Shown piece by piece: positions 10,601 through 18,679 of a DNA stretch of 64,000 nt (its first letter is position 1; each line of letters opens with the position of its first letter). Below the pieces are notes generated by a model. It did no database searches and had not been told where the DNA came from. It saw only the letters and a program-made list of their open reading frames with translations. The translations under genes and the position numbers were made by a program. Origin of the DNA: an uncultured Pseudomonadota bacterium (GTDB lineage Bacteria; Pseudomonadota; Gammaproteobacteria; Burkholderiales; SG8-39); assembly GCA_963834845.1 (NCBI GenBank), contig CAWICY010000004.1:2969530-3033529 (forward strand), written 5' to 3'.

Positions 10601-12340
10601 ATGCGCTCTCCCGACCCGCTCGCCATTGCCGCGCAACCGGCCGACGCGCTGCTCAATTCGACGCTGGCGCGGCTGACGCAGGGCATCGCGCCGGCGTCGA
10701 TCGCCGGCGCCTACCTCGACTGGGCGACGCACCTCGCCGGCTCGCCCGCCAAGTGGCAGGAGCTCGCCGTCAAGGCGCAGAGGAAGTTCAGCCGCTTCGC
10801 CCTGTACGCGATGCAGCCCCCGGGCAGCTCGGAGCCGTGCATCGCGCCGCTGCCGCAGGATCGGCGCTTCGAGCACCGCGACTGGCAGGCGTGGCCGTTC
10901 AATCTGCTGCAGCAGGGTTTCCTGCTCACCCAACAGTGGTGGTGGAACGCGACCACCGGCGTGCGCGGCGTCGATGCGCACCATGAGTACGTCGTCGAAT
11001 TCATGACGCGCCAGTGGCTCGACATGTTCTCTCCCTCCAACTTTCCCTGGAGCAACCCCGAGGTGCTGCGCGAGACCGTGCACCGCGGCGGCGCCAACCT
11101 GGTGCAGGGCGCGATCAACTGGTGGGACGACGCGCTGCGCATCGCCGCCAACCGGCCGCACATCGGGCTGGAGCGCTGGCGCGTCGGCGAGAACCTGGCG
11201 CTCACGCCCGGCAAAGTGGTCTACCGCAACCACCTCATCGAGCTGATGCAGTACGCGCCGCAGACCGCGACGGTGCGCCCCGAGCCGCTGCTGATCGTTC
11301 CGTCGTGGATCATGAAGTACTACATTCTCGACCTGCAGCCGCAGGACTCGCTGGTGCGCTTCCTCGTCGAGCGCGGCTACACGGTGTTCCTGATCTCGTG
11401 GAAGAACCCGGGCGCACGCGAGCGCGAACTCGGCATCGACGACTACATCAAGAGCGGGGTGCTGGCGGCGCTCGAGGCGATCGGCAAGATCGTCCCCGGG
11501 CGGCGCGCGCACGCGCTCGGCTACTGCCTCGGCGGCACCCTGCTCGCGATGGCCGGGGCGCTGCTGGCGCGCGAGGGCGAGGAGCGGCTGGCGACGCTGT
11601 CGCTGCTCGCCGCCGAGACCGATTTCGAGGAGCCGGGCGAGCTGTCGCTGTTCATCGACGAGAGCCAGATCAGCTTCCTCGAGGACATGATGTTCACGCG
11701 CGGCTACCTCGACGGCAAGGAGATGGCGGGGGCGTTCGCGCTGCTCAACTCCAAGGACCTGGTGTGGTCGCGCATGGTGCGCGACTACCTGATGGGCCAG
11801 CGCGTCGAGGTGTCGGATCTCGCGGCGTGGAACGCCGACGCGACGCGCATGCCCTACCGCATGCACAGCGATTACCTGCGGCGCCTGTACCTCGGCAACG
11901 ACTTCACGGAAGGGCGCTTCATGGTCGACGGGCGGCCGATCGCGCTGTCGGACATCCGGGCGCCGATGTTCGTCGTCGGCGCCGAGCGCGACCACGTCTC
12001 GCCATGGCGCTCGGTGTACAAGGTGAACCTGTTCGCGGATACCGAAGTGACCTTCCTGCTGACGAGCGGCGGGCACAACGTCGGCGTCGTCAATCCGGCG
12101 TCCGGCCCCTATCCCGGCTCGAACTACCGAATGGCGGCGCGCGCGAGCGAAGACCGCTACGTCGATCCCGAGACCTGGCAGGAGGCGACGCCCGCGCACC
12201 CCGGCTCATGGTGGCCCGAGTACGCCGCCTGGCTCGACGGGCGCTCGGGCGCGCCCGCGGCGCCGCCGGCGATGGGCGCACCGGACAAGGGCCTGCCGCC
12301 GCTGTACGACGCGCCCGGGCGCTATGTCCTCGAGGACTGA
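10601..12340 (+). CDS. phaC: class I poly(3-hydroxyalkanoate) synthase
   Basis: Intact 579-aa ORF with the lipase-box GYCLGG, FLISWKNPG and typical PhaC N- and C-terminal regions. Confidence 0.9.
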   Translation: MRSPDPLAIAAQPADALLNSTLARLTQGIAPASIAGAYLDWATHLAGSPAKWQELAVKAQRKFSRFALYAMQPPGSSEPCIAPLPQDRRFEHRDWQAWPFNLLQQGFLLTQQWWWNATTGVRGVDAHHEYVVEFMTRQWLDMFSPSNFPWSNPEVLRETVHRGGANLVQGAINWWDDALRIAANRPHIGLERWRVGENLALTPGKVVYRNHLIELMQYAPQTATVRPEPLLIVPSWIMKYYILDLQPQDSLVRFLVERGYTVFLISWKNPGARERELGIDDYIKSGVLAALEAIGKIVPGRRAHALGYCLGGTLLAMAGALLAREGEERLATLSLLAAETDFEEPGELSLFIDESQISFLEDMMFTRGYLDGKEMAGAFALLNSKDLVWSRMVRDYLMGQRVEVSDLAAWNADATRMPYRMHSDYLRRLYLGNDFTEGRFMVDGRPIALSDIRAPMFVVGAERDHVSPWRSVYKVNLFADTEVTFLLTSGGHNVGVVNPASGPYPGSNYRMAARASEDRYVDPETWQEATPAHPGSWWPEYAAWLDGRSGAPAAPPAMGAPDKGLPPLYDAPGRYVLED

Positions 12341-12407
12341 GCAGGTCGGCGTCGTCGAGCAGGTGTCCGGACCGGTGATCGACGCGCCTCGCGTCGTCCG
12401 CAGCCCA

Positions 12408-12854
12408 CTACGGCCGGATGTAGGTCCAGCCGGCGCGCTGCTTGTCGGCGATCTCGATCAGGCCGCCCGGCGCGACGCGCACCCCGCCGATCAGGTCGTC
12501 CTTGGTGAGTTTCATCGCGCGCATGGTCTCGCCGCAGGCGACGACGTCGATGCTCTTGTCCAGCGCCTAGCCGATGCGGTCGGTGACTTTCGATTCGCTC
12601 TTGAGCATGTTCAACCCCGGCCCGATCGCGACGATCTCGATCTCCGAGTTGTCCTTGCCGATGTTGCGCTGGAAGGCGAACGCGTTGTTGAGCGCGAGGT
12701 TCCAGATCTGCGGATTGTTCTCGGTGACCTGGATCACGATCTGGTATTTGCCCTTCGCCCCTTCGCCCGCCGCCGCGGCGTGCGCGCTGGGCGTGACGCC
12801 GCCGGCGAGGAGCGTGGTAGCGAGAATGACCATCAGAGCGGCGAGTCGTTTCAC
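12408..12854 (-). pseudogene. secreted DsrE/DsrF-like (COG1416-type) protein, paralog B, with an in-frame TAG
   Basis: ORF 12567..12854 (signal peptide, YQIVIQVTENNPQIWNLALNNA) stops at TAG 12567-12569. The same frame continues ALDKSIDVVACGETMRAMKLTKDDLIGGVRVAPGGLIEIADKQRAGWTYIRP*, colinear with paralog A. Confidence 0.75.
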
Positions 12855-12869
12855 TTCGGGTTCCCTCCG

Positions 12870-13301
12870 TTACGGGCGGATGTACGCCCAGCCCTCGGAC
12901 TGGCGCTTCATGATCTCGATCACGCCGCCCGGCACGACCGTCGCGCCGCCGACCAGATCGGCCTTATCGATCTTGAACTTCTTCATCGTGGTGGCGCAGG
13001 CGGCCAACTCGACGTTGCTGTCGAGCGCGGCATTGAGGCGGGCGGCGACCTTGGAGTCGGCCTTGAGCATGTAGATGCCGGGGCCGTAGGCGACGATCTC
13101 GATCGTCACCTTATCCTTGCCCAGCGCCTCCTGCATGTTCTGAGCGTTGTTGAGCGCGAGGTTCCATTTCGCCGGGTCGTTGTCGCTGACCTGCAGGACA
13201 GCGTGCGTCAGCGCCTTTTCGCCCGCGGCCAGCGCGGCGGGGGCGGCGGCCAGACCGGCCAGTCCGGCGACCAGCGTGATTGCTGCAAGTGCTTGTTTCA
13301 T
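12870..13301 (-). CDS. secreted DsrE/DsrF-like (COG1416-type) protein, paralog A
   Basis: 143-aa ORF with a signal peptide, LQVSDNDPAKWNLALNNAQN, the conserved Cys in LAACATTMKKF and a C-terminal EGWAYIRP. RBS GGAGAGGAGA. Confidence 0.8.
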   Translation of the reverse strand: MKQALAAITLVAGLAGLAAAPAALAAGEKALTHAVLQVSDNDPAKWNLALNNAQNMQEALGKDKVTIEIVAYGPGIYMLKADSKVAARLNAALDSNVELAACATTMKKFKIDKADLVGGATVVPGGVIEIMKRQSEGWAYIRP

Positions 13302-13363
13302 TGTCTCTCCTCTCCGTTTTCTAATGGTCTGTTCGCGGCGCGCAATGCCCGCGACCGATATAA

Positions 13364-13389
13364 GACGCGCAACCGCCGGAAATTATTCC
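13364..13389 (-). promoter_or_regulatory. candidate ECF-type promoter (GGAATA-N16-CGTC) reading toward the DsrE-like genes
   Basis: On the minus strand, GGAATA (13389..13384) is followed after exactly 16 nt by CGTC (13367..13364). The -35 element is one arm of the palindrome ATTCCATGGAAT. Confidence 0.45.
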
Positions 13390-13391
13390 AT

Positions 13392-13417
13392 GGAATAAAC
13401 TCGCACCCAGGAGCGTC
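13392..13417 (+). promoter_or_regulatory. candidate autoregulated ECF-type promoter (GGAATA-N16-CGTC) for the sigma/anti-sigma operon
   Basis: GGAATA 13392-13397, 16-nt spacer, CGTC 13414-13417. It is the mirror image of the minus-strand element and lies about 10 nt before ATG 13427. Confidence 0.45.
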
Positions 13418-13426
13418 ATTGGGCAC

Positions 13427-13969
13427 ATGGGGATGAAAGGCCTGTTCGGCGTGTCGGCCCGGTTCCGCGGTCAGGTGGAGGCGCAGCGCGAGCCGCTGTA
13501 CCGGCTCGCTTTTTCATGGTGCCATGACGGATCGCTGGCCGACGACCTGGTGCAGGAGACGCTGCTGCGCGCGCTCGACCGCGCCTCGCAGCTGAACGAC
13601 GTCCAGCGCTTGAAGCCCTGGCTGTGCGCCATCCTCGCCAACTGTCTGAAGGATCATTTCCGGCGCGTGCGGCCGCTCGAGCCGCTCGACGACGACATGC
13701 CGTCGCACGGCGAGACGCCGGAAGGCGCGAGCGCGAGCAGCCAGCTCGCGGCGCGCGTGCGCGCCGAGATCGGGCGCCTGCCGCTCGGGCAGCGCCAGGT
13801 GGTGACCCTCGTCGACCTAGAGGGCTTCTCCTACGCCGAGGTCGGCGAGATCCTCGCGGTGCCGGCCGGCACCGTGATGAGCCGGCTGTGCCGGGCGCGC
13901 GAGGCGCTCAGGGCGCGGTTGCTCGACCTCGCGGCCGAGGGGAACAACAAGATCAGGAGCATCCGATGA
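13427..13969 (+). CDS. ECF (sigma-70 family group 4) RNA polymerase sigma factor
   Basis: 180-aa ORF. Region 2 (LYRLAFSWCHDGSLADDLVQETLLRAL) and region 4 (LPLGQRQVVTLVDLEGFSYAEVGEILAVPAGTVMSRLCRAREAL). ATGA overlap with the next gene. Confidence 0.9.
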   Translation: MGMKGLFGVSARFRGQVEAQREPLYRLAFSWCHDGSLADDLVQETLLRALDRASQLNDVQRLKPWLCAILANCLKDHFRRVRPLEPLDDDMPSHGETPEGASASSQLAARVRAEIGRLPLGQRQVVTLVDLEGFSYAEVGEILAVPAGTVMSRLCRAREALRARLLDLAAEGNNKIRSIR

Positions 13970-14649
13970 GCCAGGAACGGGAAGTCTCGCAGGAGATGCG
14001 AAACGCGTTCGTCGACGGTCAGCTCGATGCCGCCGACTGGACCGCCCTGGTCGAGCGCATGGGCAGCGACGAGGCGCTCAGGCGCGAGGTATGCGAGCTG
14101 CGCACGCTCAAGGACATGACCAGAAGCGCCTATCTGGAAGCACGCTCGCGGCGCGCGGCGCCCGCGGCGAACCGCCGGGGCTGGGCGCGGGTGGCCGGTG
14201 TTGCGCTCGTCTTCGCACTGGCGGGTTGGTTTGCTCACGACGCCGTCGAGCGCAGCCGTGCCGTTGCCGAGCTGCACGCGGTGGCGGCCGACCGCATCCT
14301 GGTGCACGTCGCCTCGTCGCGCGGCGAGGTGGTCGATTCGGCGCTGCAGGAGGTGGAAGACTACCTGCGCGACGCGCGCGCCGCCGGACGGCGCGTCGAG
14401 GTCGAGATCGTCGCCAACAACGCCGGCATGGACATCCTGCGCGCCGATACCTCCGCCTACGCCAAGCGGCTCGAGCGCCTGCGCGCCGCGTACCCGAACC
14501 TGACCTACATCGCCTGCAACCAGACCGCCGACCGGCTGCGCGAGAAGGGCGTGGCGGTCAGGCTGCTGCCTGGTGTGCACGTCGCGCCGACCGCGCTCGA
14601 CGAGATCGTCAAGCGCATGCAGCAGGGCTGGGTCTACATCCGCGCCTGA
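13966..14649 (+). CDS. anti-sigma factor with one TM helix and a C-terminal periplasmic DsrE-like domain
   Basis: Starts at Met115 of ORF 13624..14649. The N-terminus NAFVDGQLDAADWTALVERMGSDEALRREV matches the anti-sigma motif. TM helix WARVAGVALVFALAGWF. The C-terminus ILVHVASS...VEIVANNAGMDIL...YIACNQTADRL...QQGWVYIRA is colinear with the three free DsrE-like paralogs. Confidence 0.75.
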   Translation: MSQEREVSQEMRNAFVDGQLDAADWTALVERMGSDEALRREVCELRTLKDMTRSAYLEARSRRAAPAANRRGWARVAGVALVFALAGWFAHDAVERSRAVAELHAVAADRILVHVASSRGEVVDSALQEVEDYLRDARAAGRRVEVEIVANNAGMDILRADTSAYAKRLERLRAAYPNLTYIACNQTADRLREKGVAVRLLPGVHVAPTALDEIVKRMQQGWVYIRA

Positions 14650-14657
14650 GGCGCGCC

Positions 14658-15716
14658 TCAGGGCACGATGCGCTCGGCGCGGAAGCGCGCGAGCAGCCGC
14701 ACGAACATCTCCTCGCTGTCGACCACGTCGTGGAAGCCGTGCAGGCGCGACTTGGTCACGCTCGACATCACGTCCCAGTCGCAGCCGAACACGTAGTCGC
14801 CGAACGGCCACGCGACCAGCTCGTCGAAGCGGTACGCCCGCAGGCCGTGCTTGCGGACCATCGCGTCCCATAGCGGAGCCTTGTCCGCCATGTGCGCCAC
14901 GAGCGAAATCGTCTGCGGCTCGGCCCAGGGCATCTCGAACGCCTCGGCGATGCGCGGCCACAGGTTGCACCAGCGGAAAGTATCGCCGTTGGTGATGTTG
15001 TAGGCCTGGTTGGCGCAGCGCCGCTCGGTCGCCGCCCAAAGCGCGGCGCTCGCCATGTGCGCCGACTCGGTCACCTGGTACACCGAGCGCCAGGCGCCGG
15101 GCTTGCCGGGAAAGCGCAGCGGCAGGCCGAGCTCCTTCGAGATCGCCGCGTACACCGCGATGACCGGCACGATGCTCATCGCCGTGCCCGGCGCGAAGCC
15201 GCACAGCGTCTGCGGGCGCAGCTCGGTCCAGCTCCAGCGCTTGCCGCGCTGGAACGCCGTCAGCCAGTCGATCTGGTCGAAGTAGTAGTTCGGGCCGAGG
15301 TGGCGCGGATCGTCCTCGCGCGCCGGGGTGCGAAACGGCCCCAGATGCGAGCCGTAGTACTTGGTGCCGGTCACCAGCACCACGCGCGCGAGGCCGGGCG
15401 CGAGCGCGTCGAGCGCCGACACCGAGTTGACCAGCATGTCGCGGTTGGCGGCGATGTTCCGGGCGTAGTCGGCGGCGGCGCCGGCGGCGGCCTGAAAGGC
15501 GCAGTAGAAGACATGCGTCGCGCGCTGCAAGTCCTGCAGCTTGGCCCCGGTGTCGGCCGGATCGAGCAGGTCGACCGAGACGTAGCGCACGCGCTCGCGA
15601 TCCTCGCCCCTGCGGCGCGACAGGCCGATCACCTGCCAGTCGGGCAGGGACGCGAGGCGCTCCACGATGTAGCGCCCGATCACGCCGAGCGCGCCGACCA
15701 CCACCGCGGTGTTCAT
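14658..15716 (-). CDS. SDR-family NAD-dependent epimerase/dehydratase-like oxidoreductase
   Basis: 352-aa ORF with an N-terminal Rossmann motif VVVGALGVIGRYIVERL. Confidence 0.75.
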   Translation of the reverse strand: MNTAVVVGALGVIGRYIVERLASLPDWQVIGLSRRRGEDRERVRYVSVDLLDPADTGAKLQDLQRATHVFYCAFQAAAGAAADYARNIAANRDMLVNSVSALDALAPGLARVVLVTGTKYYGSHLGPFRTPAREDDPRHLGPNYYFDQIDWLTAFQRGKRWSWTELRPQTLCGFAPGTAMSIVPVIAVYAAISKELGLPLRFPGKPGAWRSVYQVTESAHMASAALWAATERRCANQAYNITNGDTFRWCNLWPRIAEAFEMPWAEPQTISLVAHMADKAPLWDAMVRKHGLRAYRFDELVAWPFGDYVFGCDWDVMSSVTKSRLHGFHDVVDSEEMFVRLLARFRAERIVP

Positions 15717-15719
15717 GGC

Positions 15720-16145
15720 TCAGGGTCGCGCGTAGGCCCAGCCTTCGAGCTGGCGCCGCATGACGTGCGCGAGGCCGGTCTTGACGAACTCCACCCCGCC
15801 CAGGATGTCGTCGCGCTTGAAGCCGAGCGTGGCCATGGTGTTCTCGCAGGCGATCACGCGGATCCCCTCGTCGATGACCTGGGTCACGCGGTCGCGCCAG
15901 TCCGAGTCGTCGAGCAGCATGCGGATCGCCGGCCCGTAGACGACGATCTCGATCTGCACCTTGTCGGGCCCGAGGTCGTTGCGCACGTTGCGCGCGTTGG
16001 CGAGCGCGAGTCCCCAGACCTTGGGGTTTTCGTCGCTGATCTGGATCAGCAGGCGCTGCGGCCTGGCGGGCGGTTGCGCGCGCGCGCCGCGCGGCAGCTG
16101 CAGCAGGCCGAGCGCGGCGAACGAGGCGAGGAAGCGTCGACGCAT
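15720..16145 (-). CDS. secreted DsrE/DsrF-like (COG1416-type) protein, paralog C
   Basis: Starts at the internal ATG 16145 of ORF 15720..16703 (MRRRFLASFAALGLLQL signal peptide). LLIQISDENPKVWGLALANARN, VIACENTMATLG and a C-terminal EGWAYARP. Confidence 0.8.
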   Translation of the reverse strand: MRRRFLASFAALGLLQLPRGARAQPPARPQRLLIQISDENPKVWGLALANARNVRNDLGPDKVQIEIVVYGPAIRMLLDDSDWRDRVTQVIDEGIRVIACENTMATLGFKRDDILGGVEFVKTGLAHVMRRQLEGWAYARP

Positions 16146-16169
16146 GTCGCAAAGTATCATGCCACGGTC

Positions 16170-16931
16170 ATGATCAAGACGCACGGTATCCTGCCCGCCC
16201 TCGCACTGCTGCTCGCGGCAGGCGGCGCGCGCGCGGCGCATCCCTTGATCACCGAGGACACCGGCACCGTGGGCACCGGCAACTACCAGCTCGAGCTGAC
16301 CACCGAGGTCGCGCGCCAGACCGACGACGGCAGCACGGTGCATGGCGTGCAGCCCGCGGCGATGTTCAGCTACGGCATGCTGCCGGATGCCGACCTGCAG
16401 CTCAGCCAGGCCTACCTCAGGATCGTCAGCGACGACGGTACCACGCGCGACGTGACCGACGGCCCGCTCGACACCGCGCTCGACCTCAAGTGGCGCTTCT
16501 ACGAGCGCGGCGCGCTCAGCCTGGGGCTGAAGCCCGGGATCACGCTGCCGACCGGCGACGACGCGCGCGGCCTCGGTGCGGGCGAAGCGACCTGGGGCGC
16601 GCTCCTGATCGGCTCCTACCAACCCGGGCCGCTCGCGTTCCACTCGCACCTGGGCTACCGGCGCTTTCGCAACACGCTCGGCTGGCGCGAGTCGCTCGCG
16701 CACATCTCGGGGGCGCTGGTGTACACGGAATCCGCCAAGCTCAAGCTGGCCGTGGACGTGAGCGCGGACACCAACCCGCTGCCCTCGGCCTACGGCACGT
16801 TGCGCTACGCGGTGCTCGGGCTGATCTACTCGCCGCGCGCCGACCTCGATATCGACTTAGGCGTCAAGTTCCGCCTGAACGGTGTCGTGTTCGACCGCAG
16901 CCTGCTGCTCGGCGCCACGCTGCGCTGGTGA
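16170..16931 (+). CDS. outer-membrane beta-barrel protein (phenol-degradation MetA-pathway / 'transporter' family-like)
   Basis: Starts at the internal ATG 16170 of ORF 14892..16931. Signal peptide MIKTHGILPALALLLAAGGARAA, then alternating beta-strand pattern with terminal ...LLLGATLRW. Divergent from paralog C with only 24 nt between the starts. Confidence 0.65.
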   Translation: MIKTHGILPALALLLAAGGARAAHPLITEDTGTVGTGNYQLELTTEVARQTDDGSTVHGVQPAAMFSYGMLPDADLQLSQAYLRIVSDDGTTRDVTDGPLDTALDLKWRFYERGALSLGLKPGITLPTGDDARGLGAGEATWGALLIGSYQPGPLAFHSHLGYRRFRNTLGWRESLAHISGALVYTESAKLKLAVDVSADTNPLPSAYGTLRYAVLGLIYSPRADLDIDLGVKFRLNGVVFDRSLLLGATLRW

Positions 16932-16942
16932 GCCTCGCCGCA

Positions 16943-17335
16943 CTAGCGGTCGCGCAACCCGACCACCGCCTCGATCTCGACCTTCATTCCCGGGATCGCG
17001 AGCGCCTGGACGCCGATCAGCGTGCTCGCCGGGCGCGCCTTGCCGAAGAACTCCTGCCGCACCGGATTGATCCTGGCGCGGTCCGCCACATCGGTCAGGA
17101 ACACGGTCACCTTGAGCACGTCGCCGAAATCCGCGCCCGCGGCGTAGAGCACCAGCTTCATGTTGCGGAAGATCTGGCGCGTCTGCGCCGCCGCGTCGTC
17201 GCCGCCGACCAGCTTGCCCTGATCGTCGAGCGGCGCGACGCCGGACACGAACAGCAGGTCGCCCCAGCGCACCGCGTCGCAGTAGTGGCTGATCGGGGCG
17301 GGCAGCCCCGCAGGCTGGAATTCCTCTCGCTTCAT
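16943..17335 (-). CDS. RidA/YjgF/endoribonuclease L-PSP family protein
   Basis: 130-aa ORF: PISHYCDAVRWGDLLFVSGV...AQTRQIFRNMKLVL...KVTVFLTD. Confidence 0.85.
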   Translation of the reverse strand: MKREEFQPAGLPAPISHYCDAVRWGDLLFVSGVAPLDDQGKLVGGDDAAAQTRQIFRNMKLVLYAAGADFGDVLKVTVFLTDVADRARINPVRQEFFGKARPASTLIGVQALAIPGMKVEIEAVVGLRDR

Positions 17336-17354
17336 AGGCGCCTCCTCGGTCGGA

Positions 17355-17369
17355 TTTACATAACTTTAC
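17355..17369. promoter_or_regulatory. CpxR/OmpR-type direct repeat (GTAAA-N5-GTAAA on the complementary strand)
   Basis: TTTACataacTTTAC, 68 nt upstream of the CpxP/Spy-like gene that precedes the OmpR-family regulator and kinase. Confidence 0.5.
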
Positions 17370-17436
17370 CGCGCCGAGAAACGGCCCTTACGCGCGCCGT
17401 GCAGACTGCCGATGCGTTCTCAACCAAGGAGCCATC

Positions 17437-17979
17437 ATGAGCGACACCACACAGCAACCCCGCCGCCGGTTCTTCAGGCGCGCAGCCATCGCCGCCATGA
17501 TCGCCGGCCTGGCCGGCGGCATCGGCGCCAAGGCTTTTGGCCACGGGGGCTACGGCGACGGGCACCGCGGCGGCGGCTTCATGAGCGGGCCGATCGACCC
17601 GGCGCAGATGGAAGCGCGCGTCAACCGCATGCTCGGGCACCTGTACGTCGACATCAACGCCACCGAGGAGCAAAAGCAGAAGATCGACCCGATCGTCAAG
17701 AGCGCGGCCAAGGAGCTGATCCCGCTGCGCCAGCAGATGCGCACGGCGCGCAAGCAGGCGATGGAGCTGTTCACGAAGGAGACCATCGACCGCGCGGCGA
17801 TCGAGAAGCTGCGCGAGGAGCAGATTAAGCTCGCCGAGCAGGCCTCGAAGCGCTTCACCCAGGCGCTGACCGACGTCGCCGAGGTGCTGACCCCCGCGCA
17901 ACGCACGGAGCTCGCCGAGCGCATGAGCCGCCGGTTCGGAAGATACGGCGGCTGGCACGGCCGTCACGGACGGGGATAG
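17437..17979 (+). CDS. periplasmic Spy/CpxP-family (LTXXQ) protein
   Basis: 180-aa ORF. Twin-arginine-like signal RRRFFRRAAIAAMIAGLAGG, Gly/His-rich stretch, helical body with INATEEQKQKI and LTPAQRTELAERM motifs. Confidence 0.75.
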   Translation: MSDTTQQPRRRFFRRAAIAAMIAGLAGGIGAKAFGHGGYGDGHRGGGFMSGPIDPAQMEARVNRMLGHLYVDINATEEQKQKIDPIVKSAAKELIPLRQQMRTARKQAMELFTKETIDRAAIEKLREEQIKLAEQASKRFTQALTDVAEVLTPAQRTELAERMSRRFGRYGGWHGRHGRG

Positions 17980-17992
17980 GTAAACTGCGCGC

Positions 17993-18679
17993 GTGGCCGC
18001 GCATATCCTGCTGATTGAGGACGATCCCCGCCTGGCCGAGATGGTGTCCGAATATCTCGGCGAGGCGGGGTTTCGCGTGGCGACCGCCGGCAGCGGCGAG
18101 GAGGGGCTCGCGACGTTCGCGCGCGAGCCCTGCGACGCGCTGGTGCTCGACTTGGCGCTGCCCGGCATCGACGGGCTCGAGGTATGCCGCCGGCTGCGCG
18201 CGTCGTCGGACGTCCCGGTGCTGATGCTGACCGCGCGCGGCGACGCCATGGACCGCGTCGTCGGCCTCGAGATCGGCGCCGACGATTATCTTCCGAAGCC
18301 GTTCGAGCCGCGCGAGCTGCTGGCGCGGCTGCGCGCCATCCTGCGGCGCAGGGGCGGGGCGGCGCGCGGCGACCTGCTGCGCTTCGGGCGCGTCGAGATC
18401 GACCGCGGCGCGCGCAGCGTGCGCGTCGACGGCGCAGAGAAGAGCCTCACGTCGCACCAGTTCGCGCTGCTCGTGGCGCTTGCCGAGAACGCGGGGCGCG
18501 TGATGTCGCGTGACGCGCTGATGGATGCGCTGCGCGGCGAGCCGCTCGAGGCCTTCGACCGCTCGATCGACGTGCACGTGTCGCGCATCCGCCAAGCCAT
18601 CGAGGACGATCCGAAAAAGCCGCGCCGCATCGTCACCGTGCGCGGCGCCGGCTACGTGTTCGCCAAGGCGCAGGACTGA
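17993..18679 (+). CDS. OmpR-family two-component response regulator
   Basis: 228-aa ORF with a GTG start. Receiver domain (ILLIEDD..., LVLDLALPGIDG) plus a winged-helix C-terminus (IVTVRGAGYVF). Confidence 0.9.
   Translation: MAAHILLIEDDPRLAEMVSEYLGEAGFRVATAGSGEEGLATFAREPCDALVLDLALPGIDGLEVCRRLRASSDVPVLMLTARGDAMDRVVGLEIGADDYLPKPFEPRELLARLRAILRRRGGAARGDLLRFGRVEIDRGARSVRVDGAEKSLTSHQFALLVALAENAGRVMSRDALMDALRGEPLEAFDRSIDVHVSRIRQAIEDDPKKPRRIVTVRGAGYVFAKAQD

Noticed and set aside
12601-12614. TTGA-N6-TCAA matches inside coding sequence (12601 in DsrE-like paralog B, and 54048 over the DUF3300 start codon)
   Set aside because: Not counted as regulatory sites. They have poorer fifth-position half-sites (TTCAA, CTCAA) and no downstream gene at promoter distance. 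They are kept only in the total count of 13.
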